DNA from: Desulfomonilia bacterium
GTDB lineage: Bacteria; Desulfobacterota; Desulfomonilia; UBA1062
Length of the DNA: 64,000 bases
Direction: 5' to 3'
NCBI GenBank assembly: GCA_963664325.2
Contig: CAXXDQ010000002.1
Location: forward strand, 64,001 to 128,000
Under the pieces are notes generated by a model. It was not told where the DNA came from. It saw nothing but the letters and a program-made list of their open reading frames with translations, and made no database searches. Made by a program: the position numbers and the translations under genes. Shown here in pieces: positions 20,903 through 30,387 of this stretch. Numbering within the stretch: the stretch's first letter is position 1; the number at the start of each line of letters is the position of its first letter.

Positions 20903-20982
20903 ATATATGATAGTGGCAAGTGATGGCTGAAGGAAAGATAACCCCGGCAGAAGCCACTTAGATTCAAATAATGTCGAAACAA

Positions 20983-21103
20983 GGCCTGGTAAAGGACCGG
21001 GTCTCGTGCAATACGGCGCTGTGAATCCCGTCAGGCCCGGAAGGGAGCAGCGGTAAGCGGTACGTCGTATGTGTATGTTAAGGCCCGGTCCTTTATCAGG
21101 TTT
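20983..21103 (+). ncRNA. ffs: Signal recognition particle RNA (4.5S)
   Basis: Conserved core GTCAGGCCCGGAAGGGAGCAGC; closing stem CCTGGTAAAGGACCGGG/CCCGGTCCTTTATCAGG then a T run; typical position before dnaX; ends approximate. Confidence 0.92.
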
Positions 21104-21147
21104 TTTTTGGCTTTTTCTCTTGAAACAAGGACTGGATAAATAATAAT

Positions 21148-22701
21148 ATGCCTCGCATGTATCAGGTGATTGCACGTAAATATAGACCACAGTGTTTTGA
21201 AGATGTTGTGGGTCAGGAACATATAACAGTGGTGATAAGAAATGCAATTGAATCTGAAAGAATTCCTCATGCTTTTGTTTTCTCTGGACCCAGGGGGGTA
21301 GGAAAAACGTCAGTTGCCCGTATACTTGCCAAGGCATTGTCATGCGAAAAAGGCCCGAGTGCAAAACCGTGCAATGAATGTCCGATATGTATGGATATAA
21401 CTGCTTCAAGGGCTGTGGATGTATTCGAGATTGATGCTGCTTCACATACGGGTGTTGAAAATATTAGGGAGCTGATTGAAAACTCGCGTTATGCTCCCAG
21501 TACATCAAGATATAAAACATTTATAATTGACGAAGCACACATGTTATCAAAAAGCGCTTTCAATGCATTGTTAAAAACCCTTGAGGAACCGCCACCTCAT
21601 GTGATTTTTATTTTGGCAACGACCGAGCTTAACAAGATACCACTTACAGTATTATCAAGGTGCCAGAGTTATGATTTTAGAAGGATATCTGTAAATGAAA
21701 TAGTAAACCATATCAGGAATGTATCATCGGGTGAGGGATTTCATATTACGGATGATGCCCTTACCCTTATAGCAATCCAGGCAGACGGCAGCATGCGCGA
21801 TGCCCAGGGTATGTTGGAGCGCACGATGGCAACCGGTCATGGGGAGATCGGTATTGATAATATCGAGAAACTGCTTGGTTTGCTGTCAATGTCAAAAAAA
21901 CATGAGGTCCTGAATTCTCTCTTGAATAGTGATGCAACAGCATTATTAGGTCTTATTGATGAAGTTTATAGATACGGTTACGATCTGACGCAATTCTATA
22001 AAAGTATTATTGAACAATTCAGGAATATGATGGTCTTAAAAACCGGATATGACAATATCCCCTTGCCATCGGAAGAGATAAATTTTTTAAAAAAAATGAT
22101 AAAGGATTATCCCTTTGAAGAAATACACAGGGCATTGAGTGTTCTAATCAGATCTGAAACTGATATGAAGTTTTCGAGCCTGCAAAAGATAACACTTGAA
22201 ACCATCCTGCTAAGAATTATTTTTGCACCCAGATTGTTTGATCTTCAGCAGTTTACCCAGCCGAACAACTCAAATGCAAATTGTAAAATCAGTACCATTA
22301 CCTCCAATGAAACGGATCAGAGAAACAAACGCAGAGATGCCTCCTCAACTGAAAAAACCTGGATCGGGTTTCTCGGTTATTTGAATAACCATGAGGCGCC
22401 ACTATACAGTATTATTTCAAATGCGACGTATGAAGGTGATGACAATGATATTATCGTGTTGAGTGTTTCTTCAGAATTTCATGCCGAACAGATACGCAGG
22501 GATAGAGTCGAAATTGAAAAAAAGGCCAATCTATATTACGAAAGAAATATTAGTATTAAAATTGAAATCAGTGTGAACAATCAGAATGGGCAATCCATGA
22601 AACCTTCAGAAATAAGAGCCAAGGCAGTAAACACTCCTGTTGTTAAAGAAATAATGGCTGAATTTAATGGATCCATAAGAGACTTCAAGCATGATCAATG
22701 A
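21148..22701 (+). CDS. dnaX: DNA polymerase III subunit gamma/tau
   Basis: ARKYRPQ, GPRGVGKT, zinc cysteines, EIDAAS, IIDEAHML, LLKTLEEPP, SRCQ and GSMRDA motifs. Confidence 0.97.
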   Translation: MPRMYQVIARKYRPQCFEDVVGQEHITVVIRNAIESERIPHAFVFSGPRGVGKTSVARILAKALSCEKGPSAKPCNECPICMDITASRAVDVFEIDAASHTGVENIRELIENSRYAPSTSRYKTFIIDEAHMLSKSAFNALLKTLEEPPPHVIFILATTELNKIPLTVLSRCQSYDFRRISVNEIVNHIRNVSSGEGFHITDDALTLIAIQADGSMRDAQGMLERTMATGHGEIGIDNIEKLLGLLSMSKKHEVLNSLLNSDATALLGLIDEVYRYGYDLTQFYKSIIEQFRNMMVLKTGYDNIPLPSEEINFLKKMIKDYPFEEIHRALSVLIRSETDMKFSSLQKITLETILLRIIFAPRLFDLQQFTQPNNSNANCKISTITSNETDQRNKRRDASSTEKTWIGFLGYLNNHEAPLYSIISNATYEGDDNDIIVLSVSSEFHAEQIRRDRVEIEKKANLYYERNISIKIEISVNNQNGQSMKPSEIRAKAVNTPVVKEIMAEFNGSIRDFKHDQ

Positions 22702-23650
22702 TACCCTTACGGCCATCAAAGGAATCAGTGTCGGCCATGAATCTGATTTTGAAGGCGGAACAGGTATTACGGTAATTATTTTTGATAAACCTGCAATCGG
22801 TTCCGCAGATATATCGGGAATGGCAACATCAACCAGGCAGATTGATTCACTGGAGATAATGCATCCCGGAACTTCTATTCATGCATTATGTCTGGCAGGC
22901 GGATCGGCTTTCGGATTGGAGGCTGCAGGAGGGGTTGTTAAATACCTTGAGGACAAAGGGGTAGGTCTTGATTTATCTGTAGCCAGACTGCCTGTTGTTC
23001 CAACTGCTGTTATATATGACCTTTCATTTATGAACGCAAAGGCCAGACCCACACAAGCAATGGCCTTTAAGGCCTGTATAGATGCAAGCAGTAAGCCGGT
23101 TGAACAGGGTGCAATAGGTGCCGGTACTGGTGCAACATGCGGTAAATTAAGAGGTGTAATTTATGCAACAAAAAGCGGGTTGGGTTCCAGTTATATAAAA
23201 GGATTCAATGATGTCGGGATAGGTGCGCTTGTCATAGCAAATCCTTTCGGTGATATATTGAATGACAAAGGAGAAATTATAGCGGGCGCAAGAGAAGGAA
23301 ATAGCTTCCTTGATACAAACAAGGCAATTGTATCAGGTGAAAACAGGAATAAAATAGGATCACCTTCGAACACTACTCTTTGCGTCCTGGTGACAGATGC
23401 TTATCTGGATAAAATATCGGCACTTCAGGTTGCCAGGATGGCAGGGAATGGTCTTTCAAGGCATATATCACCATTCAATACACCTTTTGATGGAGACATT
23501 ATCTTCTGTCTTTCAATTGGAAACAAGGAAGCACATCCTCTTCATCTTGGTGTTATAGGCGCCAGAGCTGCTGCAGCAGCTCTGATGAATGCAGTGATGA
23601 AAGTCGAATCTCTCGGTGGGCTTCCGGTTTACAAAGAAATTGTGAGATAG
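22691..23650 (+). CDS. P1/S58 family peptidase (DmpA-like)
   Basis: GGSAFGL, GAGTGA, NPFGD, NTT and PFDGD motifs. Confidence 0.88.
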   Translation: MINDTLTAIKGISVGHESDFEGGTGITVIIFDKPAIGSADISGMATSTRQIDSLEIMHPGTSIHALCLAGGSAFGLEAAGGVVKYLEDKGVGLDLSVARLPVVPTAVIYDLSFMNAKARPTQAMAFKACIDASSKPVEQGAIGAGTGATCGKLRGVIYATKSGLGSSYIKGFNDVGIGALVIANPFGDILNDKGEIIAGAREGNSFLDTNKAIVSGENRNKIGSPSNTTLCVLVTDAYLDKISALQVARMAGNGLSRHISPFNTPFDGDIIFCLSIGNKEAHPLHLGVIGARAAAAALMNAVMKVESLGGLPVYKEIVR

Positions 23651-23913
23651 TGCATCATATTCCTTTTGGTGAAATCCGGATATTATCATCAGATGGCGAT
23701 GCCTTTTGCCAAGTCTGTGATGCATCAATAATAAATTTTTCAGGCGTTTGTGTATAAATGATTAATCACGGCCCAATCAACATACTTATTCTCGGATTCT
23801 TGGATGTCAATTATTAGAGTTCACAAATAATTGAAAAGTTCAGTGAATCATTATTGACGCTTACCGGTGTTTATGTATCATTATATTTAATATGAAAAAC
23901 CGTTTGATAAAAT

Positions 23914-25410
23914 ATGACAGCAATGAAAATTATGAGAATTGAACTTAAATATAAATTTTCTGTTTTTTTTATATTCTATACGTCTACTTTATTTGGCCTG
24001 ATATTTTTCTTAACACCCCACCAGTTAATGGGCAGCTACCGTGATGTCTATGAAAGTGGTGACACTGGTACGGCCTTAAAAGAACTTCTTCATGACGCAC
24101 AAAAGGGAGATGCAGGTGCTGAATTTCAATTAGGTGTTGTTTATGAACAGGGCCGGGGAGTTTTGCAGGATTTTTCAGAAGCGGCCAAATGGTATAAAAG
24201 AGCTGCTGATGGAGGGCATTTGGAGGCACAATATAATCTGGGGCTTTTATATGAAGAAGGCCGTGGAGTGGACAAGGATTATAAAGAGGCGGCGATTTGG
24301 TATAAGAAAGCTGCTGAAAAAGGGCTTGCAGAAGCTCAGTATAACCTTGGACTTATGTATGAGGAAGGAAGAGGCCTGCAAAAAAGCAATCATGAAGCGG
24401 TCAAGTGGTATAGAAAAGCGGCAGAACAGGGAATGGCTGAGGCGCAGTATTCACTGGGAATAAAATATGAGACAGGTGAAGGGATTGGACGTAATTATAA
24501 TGAAGCTGCCAAGTGGTATAAAAAAGCTTCTGATCAGGGAAATGTTTATGCCCAATACTGTCTTGGGAGTCTTTATTGCAATGGTAGAGGGGTGCAGAAG
24601 GATTATAAGGAAGCTGTAAGATTGTATTTGAAAGCTGCTGATCAGGAATTACCAGAGGCTCAATTTGCCCTCGGTTTGATTTGCGAAGAAGGTCTTGGAA
24701 GATCCGTTAATTTATCTGAGGCCCTTAAATGGTATAAAAAAGCTGCCGAACAGGGACTAAGTGAGGCTCAGTATAATCTTGCTGTTAAATATGAAAATGG
24801 TGACGGTGTTCCACAGAATTATTTTGAGGCGGCAAAATGGTATCGGAAGGCTGCGGAACAGGGTGATTTGTACGCACAGATAAACCTCGGGAGCATGTAC
24901 AGCAGTGGAAGAGGTGTGCAACAAGACTATAAAGAAGCTGTTAAATGGTTCAAGGCAGCTGCAGAAAATGGTTTGGCGGAAGCTCAGTTTAATCTCGGTT
25001 TGACATACGAAGAGGGGATGGGAGTCCAGAACAATTATTTAGAAGCTGCGAAATGGTACCGTAAAGCTGCCGAACAGGGGCTTGGTGAAGCTCAATATAA
25101 TCTTGGAGTAATGTATGAGGATGGATTGGGAGTTGAACAGGATTATTTTGAAGCGGCCAAATGGTATAAAAAAGCTGCTGATCAGGGATTAGCTGATGCC
25201 CAGTATAATCTCGCATCATTTTATCATGATGGCAAAGGAGTTGCCCAAGACTTTATATTAGCCCACATGTGGTATAATTTGGCAGCGGCTCAGGGTAATC
25301 CCAATGCCTCTCAGAACCGGAATGATCTGGCCACTATAATGACTCCGGCACAGGTCGCCGAAGCGCAACGATTGGCTCGTGAATGGAAGCCAAAACGGAA
25401 AAAGAAATAG
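23914..25410 (+). CDS. Sel1-like repeat protein (11 repeats of 36 aa) with N-terminal hydrophobic anchor
   Basis: Repeating AQYNLG.MY..G.GV..DY.EA.KWY.KAAEQG; C-terminal MTPAQVAEAQRLAREW cap. Confidence 0.93.
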   Translation: MTAMKIMRIELKYKFSVFFIFYTSTLFGLIFFLTPHQLMGSYRDVYESGDTGTALKELLHDAQKGDAGAEFQLGVVYEQGRGVLQDFSEAAKWYKRAADGGHLEAQYNLGLLYEEGRGVDKDYKEAAIWYKKAAEKGLAEAQYNLGLMYEEGRGLQKSNHEAVKWYRKAAEQGMAEAQYSLGIKYETGEGIGRNYNEAAKWYKKASDQGNVYAQYCLGSLYCNGRGVQKDYKEAVRLYLKAADQELPEAQFALGLICEEGLGRSVNLSEALKWYKKAAEQGLSEAQYNLAVKYENGDGVPQNYFEAAKWYRKAAEQGDLYAQINLGSMYSSGRGVQQDYKEAVKWFKAAAENGLAEAQFNLGLTYEEGMGVQNNYLEAAKWYRKAAEQGLGEAQYNLGVMYEDGLGVEQDYFEAAKWYKKAADQGLADAQYNLASFYHDGKGVAQDFILAHMWYNLAAAQGNPNASQNRNDLATIMTPAQVAEAQRLAREWKPKRKKK

Positions 25411-25471
25411 GTTGATCCGTAATTGTTACGATTTAATCTGATTCTTGAGCAATTGAAGATAGAGTACCCGC

Positions 25472-25520
25472 CAGCTATCCTTTCTGAGGGATAATTAAAC
25501 TAAATCAGAAAGGAGAGCTG
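25472..25520. terminator. Inverted repeat between convergent genes, possible terminator
   Basis: CAGCTATCCTTTCTGA / TCAGAAAGGAGAGCTG, 16-nt arms with 1 mismatch; no clear U-tract. Confidence 0.4.
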
Positions 25521-25557
25521 TCAAGTCGGGTCGGAGAGCTAATTCAAATACAGTTTA

Positions 25558-25923
25558 TCAATCCTTGCCCTCTGTTTTTGTTATTGATCCTCTTATACCA
25601 GCTTTATAAAGCCTTCCGCAGGTTTCAAACATGATATAACGGGTAGCCAACAAGGGGATGTTCTTTTGCTTTGCAAGTTCTATTGCCTCGTTCAGGGGTT
25701 TTTTGCCTCTGACAAATATAATTGCTATTAAATCCATTGTATCTGCAGTACGAACAACGAGCGGGTTTGTCAGGCCTGTTAAAAGTATGGCTCCTGGTTT
25801 TGCGAAGGAGAGTACGTCACTCATGAGGTCGGCCGCAAATCCTGCTTTAACTTCAATATCGAGCCGTGATTCACCGACAATTACTTCTGCATCAAGCAGC
25901 ACCATTAAATCTCTTAGGGTCAT
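25558..25923 (-). CDS. DRTGG domain protein
   Basis: AADLMSDVL, LLTGLTN and RGK.P motifs. Confidence 0.85.
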   Translation of the reverse strand: MTLRDLMVLLDAEVIVGESRLDIEVKAGFAADLMSDVLSFAKPGAILLTGLTNPLVVRTADTMDLIAIIFVRGKKPLNEAIELAKQKNIPLLATRYIMFETCGRLYKAGIRGSITKTEGKD

Positions 25924-25949
25924 ATTCTCTCCGCTTTTAATTTACCTTT

Positions 25950-27353
25950 CTAAAGGGACATAATGTATTCATGTATGGCCTTTGCGGCTTTTCTTCCAAC
26001 TCCCATTGCAAGAATAACTGTAGCCGCTCCAGTAACAATGTCTCCACCTGCATATACACCTTTTCTTGATGTTTGTCCTGTTTCTTCATCAGCAATGATA
26101 TATCCCCATTTGTTGGTATCAAGACCTGGTGTAGTGCTCTGAACCAGGGGATTTGCTCCAGTGCCGACTGCGACTACAACAGTGTCAACTTCCATTATAT
26201 ATTCGCTCCCTTTCTTAGGGATAGGTCTGCGTCTTCCAGATCCATCCGGTTCGCCAAGCTCCATTTGCTGGCATTCCATACTTACAACCCATCCTTTCTC
26301 GTTTCCTATGTATCTGATGGGAGTGGTCAGAAGATGCAGTTCGATCCCTTCCTCTTCGGCATGGTGAATTTCTTCAATTCTGGCAGGCATTTCAACTCTT
26401 GATCTTCTGTAAACCAGATAAACCTTTTCTGCACCGAGTCTCATCGCTGTTCTAGCAGAATCCATGGCAACATTACCCCCGCCTATCACTGCCACCTTTT
26501 TTCCTCTGACGATTGGCGTATCATATTCAGGGAAAAGATAAGCCTTCATCAGATTCGATCTTGTCAGGTATTCGTTTGCAGAATATACCCCATTAAGATT
26601 TTCTCCGGGTATATTCATAAATGTTGGCAGACCTGCACCGGTTCCAAGAAACACGGCATGGAAACCTTCTTCAAACAATTCGTCCACAGTAAATATTCTT
26701 CCAATGACATGAGAGGTTAAAACCTTGACACCCATTTGTTTTAAATAATCTATCTCTGCGGCAACAATGGCCTTGGGTAATCTGAATTCGGGTATACCAT
26801 AAACCAACACCCCTCCAGGAATGTGCAATGCTTCAAATATTGTTACATCATGGCCGAGTTTGACAAGATCTCCGGCAACTGTAAGACCTGCAGGTCCTGA
26901 GCCCACAATTGCAATTTTTTTACCGGTTGAAGGTGCAATTTCCGGAATTGATATGCTTCCTTGTGATCTTTCGAAGTCGGCTACAAATCTTTCAAGTCTT
27001 CCAATGGCTACACTTTCCCCTTTTTTTCTGCGGACACACTTTTCTTCACATTGTGTTTCCTGTGGACACACCCTTCCACAAATAGCGGGTAAAGCATTCG
27101 TTTGTTTGATTTTTCTTGCAGCATTTAAAAAGTCACTTTGAGAAACAAGATTTATAAAACCCGGTATGTCTATTTCAACGGGACAGCCTTCAATGCAAGG
27201 TTTTGTTTTGCATTGAAGGCAACGATTTGCTTCTGCTATAGCTGCTTGAGGTGTATAGCCCAGAGGGACCTCTTCAAAATTGCGTGATCTTGCCTTTGCG
27301 TTTTGCTCCGGCATTGGTTGACGTGGAATATTCATTCTTTCCTTTATATCCAT
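25950..27353 (-). CDS. nfnB: NfnB/GltA-like large subunit of NADH-dependent reduced ferredoxin:NADP+ oxidoreductase
   Basis: RCLQCK..PC..GCPV, CGRVCPQETQCE, GSGPAG, GGGNVAMD and GDIVTGAATVILAMG motifs; paired with NfnA and no gltB present. Confidence 0.88.
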   Translation of the reverse strand: MDIKERMNIPRQPMPEQNAKARSRNFEEVPLGYTPQAAIAEANRCLQCKTKPCIEGCPVEIDIPGFINLVSQSDFLNAARKIKQTNALPAICGRVCPQETQCEEKCVRRKKGESVAIGRLERFVADFERSQGSISIPEIAPSTGKKIAIVGSGPAGLTVAGDLVKLGHDVTIFEALHIPGGVLVYGIPEFRLPKAIVAAEIDYLKQMGVKVLTSHVIGRIFTVDELFEEGFHAVFLGTGAGLPTFMNIPGENLNGVYSANEYLTRSNLMKAYLFPEYDTPIVRGKKVAVIGGGNVAMDSARTAMRLGAEKVYLVYRRSRVEMPARIEEIHHAEEEGIELHLLTTPIRYIGNEKGWVVSMECQQMELGEPDGSGRRRPIPKKGSEYIMEVDTVVVAVGTGANPLVQSTTPGLDTNKWGYIIADEETGQTSRKGVYAGGDIVTGAATVILAMGVGRKAAKAIHEYIMSL

Positions 27354-27356
27354 TTA

Positions 27357-28202
27357 TTACCTCCCAGACCTGCATGAACAGAGGTGGTTATAAGATTCTT
27401 TTTCCTGATCGAGATATATATTTTGTCTGTCAATAAGTTCCTTGAAGTCAACAAGATGCCCGTCAAATTCCGGACCATCAACGCAGACAAATTTGGTTTT
27501 ATCACCTACACTTACCCTGCATGCACCACACATGCCTGTTGCATCAACCATAATTGAATTTAATGAAACAACGGTGGGTATGTTATATTTTCTGGTAACA
27601 TCACAAACCGCCCGCATCATTGGCACTGGACCGATAGTGACAACCAAGTCTATATGTTGTTTTCCCGGCAGTAGATAATTATTCTCAAGTGCCTGGCTGA
27701 CAAAACCATGATAGCCATATGAACCGTCATCGGTTGAAACAATAAATTCGTCTGAGACGGCTTTCATCTCATCCTCAAGGATTAAAAGGTCTTTGGTTCT
27801 TGAACCGATTATGGATATTACATGATTTCCTGCCGCCTTCATCCCTTGTGTTATAGGGAAAATCGGTGCAATTCCAACTCCACCACCGATACAAGCTACG
27901 GTTCCGAACTTTTCAATATGCGTTGGTTTTCCAAGAGGTCCAACCAGATCAAGTATCTCCTGACCGGGTTCCATCTCAGAAAGAAGAGCTGTTGATTTGC
28001 CGACAACCTGAAAAATAAGTGTCAATGTTCCCTTTGCTGCATCCGCATCAGCAATTGTAAGAGGAATTCGTTCCCCGTATTCATGTATTCTTAAAACGAC
28101 AAATTGGCCGGGTTTCCTTTTTAATGCAATTTGCTTTGCATCGAATACAAATGAAAATACATTTTCCGATAACATCTTCTTTTCGATAATCTTTGCAGGC
28201 AT
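27357..28202 (-). CDS. nfnA: NfnA small subunit (FAD, [2Fe-2S])
   Basis: PGQFV, ERIPLTIAD, GGGVG, TDDGSYG, MVDATGMCGACR and CVDGPEFD motifs. Confidence 0.9.
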   Translation of the reverse strand: MPAKIIEKKMLSENVFSFVFDAKQIALKRKPGQFVVLRIHEYGERIPLTIADADAAKGTLTLIFQVVGKSTALLSEMEPGQEILDLVGPLGKPTHIEKFGTVACIGGGVGIAPIFPITQGMKAAGNHVISIIGSRTKDLLILEDEMKAVSDEFIVSTDDGSYGYHGFVSQALENNYLLPGKQHIDLVVTIGPVPMMRAVCDVTRKYNIPTVVSLNSIMVDATGMCGACRVSVGDKTKFVCVDGPEFDGHLVDFKELIDRQNIYLDQEKESYNHLCSCRSGR

Positions 28203-28402
28203 GCATGCCTCCCGAGTAAGTTGATTTCTGTAAATATTTATATGTCAGCAGTTGTTTTTATACAAGCCCGACTTTGTGGTTGAACACTTTGATATTAATA
28301 TGCTTTTTATGATTTTTAAAACCGCCATTGGAAGTTTTCTTTCATTTATACATAGACTCTGCTGTTATTTTTAAAAGGTCACATTGGATTGTAAAGGTAA
28401 AG

Positions 28403-28430
28403 AAAAAGGGATGCTAATGCATCCCTTTTT
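28403..28430. terminator. Rho-independent terminator (symmetrical)
   Basis: AAAAAGGGATGC-TAAT-GCATCCCTTTTT immediately after the stop of the 28433-29749 gene. Confidence 0.8.
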
Positions 28431-28432
28431 TC

Positions 28433-29749
28433 TCAATCTTTGTTTTCTTCATCTGAAGGAGGCATCACCTCTTCGTCATAGACTCTTTTGATTTGTCTGT
28501 GAATCCCTCTGGAAAGAATCAATGCAATCAGGAAGAGCAGTATTAATGATACTATTACAACCAATATTGTTGATTTCTGCCATTTCGCAACCTTATCTCT
28601 AATATCTTTTGCCTTTTCCTGGCTGAGGTTATGGTAGAGATTCACGTCAATAACCATACCGACCCAACCTATGCCTTTGGGCTTACTGAAGCCGTTTCCA
28701 TAATAAGGTATTGTGGCAAAAGCAACAAAGTAACTACTATTATCAAGGTTATATGTACGAGATCCGGATTTTCCCAAAGATGCTTCTTCATGAATCTTGG
28801 GCAAATTTTCATCTTTGAAACCAATTGATAAAAGATTCATATACCCTTCACCAGATGCTTCAAGGTTTTTATAATTATCTTCCTTAAGCATTGGTACAAT
28901 ATTATGATTTTTATCAAGGCCTATTATTAATGTATCGTCGGGATGCGATAAAATGTTGCCATCCCGGTCAACCAGAAAGACATAATTATTGTCTTTAGGA
29001 TTTACTGATGCAAATATCTTTTCCGGATCAGTTGGAACTGTGTGGTCAACAAACTCCCTGACATGCTGGAAATTCAGAGCCAATTCAATAACACCTGCAA
29101 ATCCAGATGAATCGAATACAGGCGTGGCAATGCGTTGGATACCTTCAAATTTTTTTCCGGAATCTACATCTTTTCTATTTACGTGGTATCCGACTACTGG
29201 TCCTATATAGAATTCACCAGGTGCAAGTGATTTTGCTATTTCAAAATAGTCTTCTTTCCCATATTCACCGTTGCCGGGATTTGACATATTTTTCAGACTT
29301 TCTTTTGGAACAACACCTGCATTAGTAATTTTAATCTGCTCCATGCCTGTTTTATCTAAAAAGGCAATTTCTTTGTAAATAGGCATGGGAACTTTTACTA
29401 AACCTATATCAGATGATTTAATTACGCCAAGATTATTAGTTGTCAGAAATGTTGTGTATGCTTTCTCATCTCTTGGAAGTATGGATGCAATTTTTATATC
29501 TTTTTCTCTATCTGTATAGAACTGAGCAATTCCTTCAGCTATATTCTTGGCTCTTAGTTCGACAGATTGTTTCTGCGGATTATCCAGAACTCTCAAATTT
29601 GCCTGTGTTGCTTCTTCTCCAACCTTGACCACTCCCTTGCTTATCACAATACCTGTTATTGTAAGAGGTAGTACTATCAGGATAAAAAAGCTTATCGCAA
29701 CACTTGCAAAATTAAGTTTAGTGTTTTTTTCTCCCTGATCCATAACCAT
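28433..29749 (-). CDS. Two-TM membrane protein with periplasmic Cache-like sensor domain and no cytoplasmic output domain
   Basis: TM - EDYF, ATPVFD, YVFLVDRDGNILSHP, GW - TM architecture, then a tail of about 25 aa. Confidence 0.7.
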   Translation of the reverse strand: MVMDQGEKNTKLNFASVAISFFILIVLPLTITGIVISKGVVKVGEEATQANLRVLDNPQKQSVELRAKNIAEGIAQFYTDREKDIKIASILPRDEKAYTTFLTTNNLGVIKSSDIGLVKVPMPIYKEIAFLDKTGMEQIKITNAGVVPKESLKNMSNPGNGEYGKEDYFEIAKSLAPGEFYIGPVVGYHVNRKDVDSGKKFEGIQRIATPVFDSSGFAGVIELALNFQHVREFVDHTVPTDPEKIFASVNPKDNNYVFLVDRDGNILSHPDDTLIIGLDKNHNIVPMLKEDNYKNLEASGEGYMNLLSIGFKDENLPKIHEEASLGKSGSRTYNLDNSSYFVAFATIPYYGNGFSKPKGIGWVGMVIDVNLYHNLSQEKAKDIRDKVAKWQKSTILVVIVSLILLFLIALILSRGIHRQIKRVYDEEVMPPSDEENKD

Positions 29750-29900
29750 CTCCTCGCCCTGTTATTACCAATAAAAATTAAATATGCTAAGCTCACCCCA
29801 AAAAGGAGAACAGATAACTGTTATATATGGTGAGTTTCTTCCTTCTTCCCAATTACGCATTTAATTTTTTATCATGCGTAAATTTAGCAGATACCTGGTA

Positions 29901-30266
29901 TTAACCAAGAACTACTGCTTTGAAAGGGTTAGCATAAAGGATAATCAGAGTAATAACCAGAGCATAGATGGCCACGGATTCTACCATTGCAAGACCAATC
30001 ATCATGGTCATCATAATTTTACCCTGAGACTGAGGATTTCTTCCAACAGCTTCGCTTGCTCCTGCAATTGCATTACCCATTCCAAGTCCAGTTCCGACTG
30101 TCCCTAGCCCCATACACAAACCTGCTCCGAGGATTGAAACGGCAATAAATATTACCTTTGTCCAGTCTGTGTAACCGGTTGCAACTGCAACTGTTTCAGC
30201 TGCCATTGCAGCACTTGATAAAACCAGGATCATGAAAACACAAAAAACAAAAATCTTCCTGCCCAT
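29901..30266 (-). CDS. atpE: F-type ATP synthase subunit c with signal-peptide-like N-terminal extension
   Basis: GxGxGxG repeat, RNP loop, ESVAIY and LYANPF motifs. Confidence 0.92.
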   Translation of the reverse strand: MGRKIFVFCVFMILVLSSAAMAAETVAVATGYTDWTKVIFIAVSILGAGLCMGLGTVGTGLGMGNAIAGASEAVGRNPQSQGKIMMTMMIGLAMVESVAIYALVITLIILYANPFKAVVLG

Positions 30267-30387
30267 TAGTTTACTCCTTATATTAATATTTTTATTTAAT
30301 TTTGCTAATTTTACCCTGAATTCAAAACATTAGTCTGAATAGCGATTCATTTTATACACGATAGAATTTGGTGTTGCAAGGGAAAAT

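Noticed and set aside
22083-22096. T6A8 slippery run in dnaX as a programmed gamma/tau frameshift
   Set aside because: It falls near codon 313, inside domain III, so it would truncate the clamp-loader core. No stimulatory hairpin was seen.
25950-27353. Glutamate synthase small subunit
   Set aside because: There is no gltB, and pairing with an NfnA-type gene fits NfnAB better.
28220-28270. Rex operator upstream of nfnA
   Set aside because: The AT-rich palindromes do not fit TTGTGAA-N4-TTCACAA well enough.
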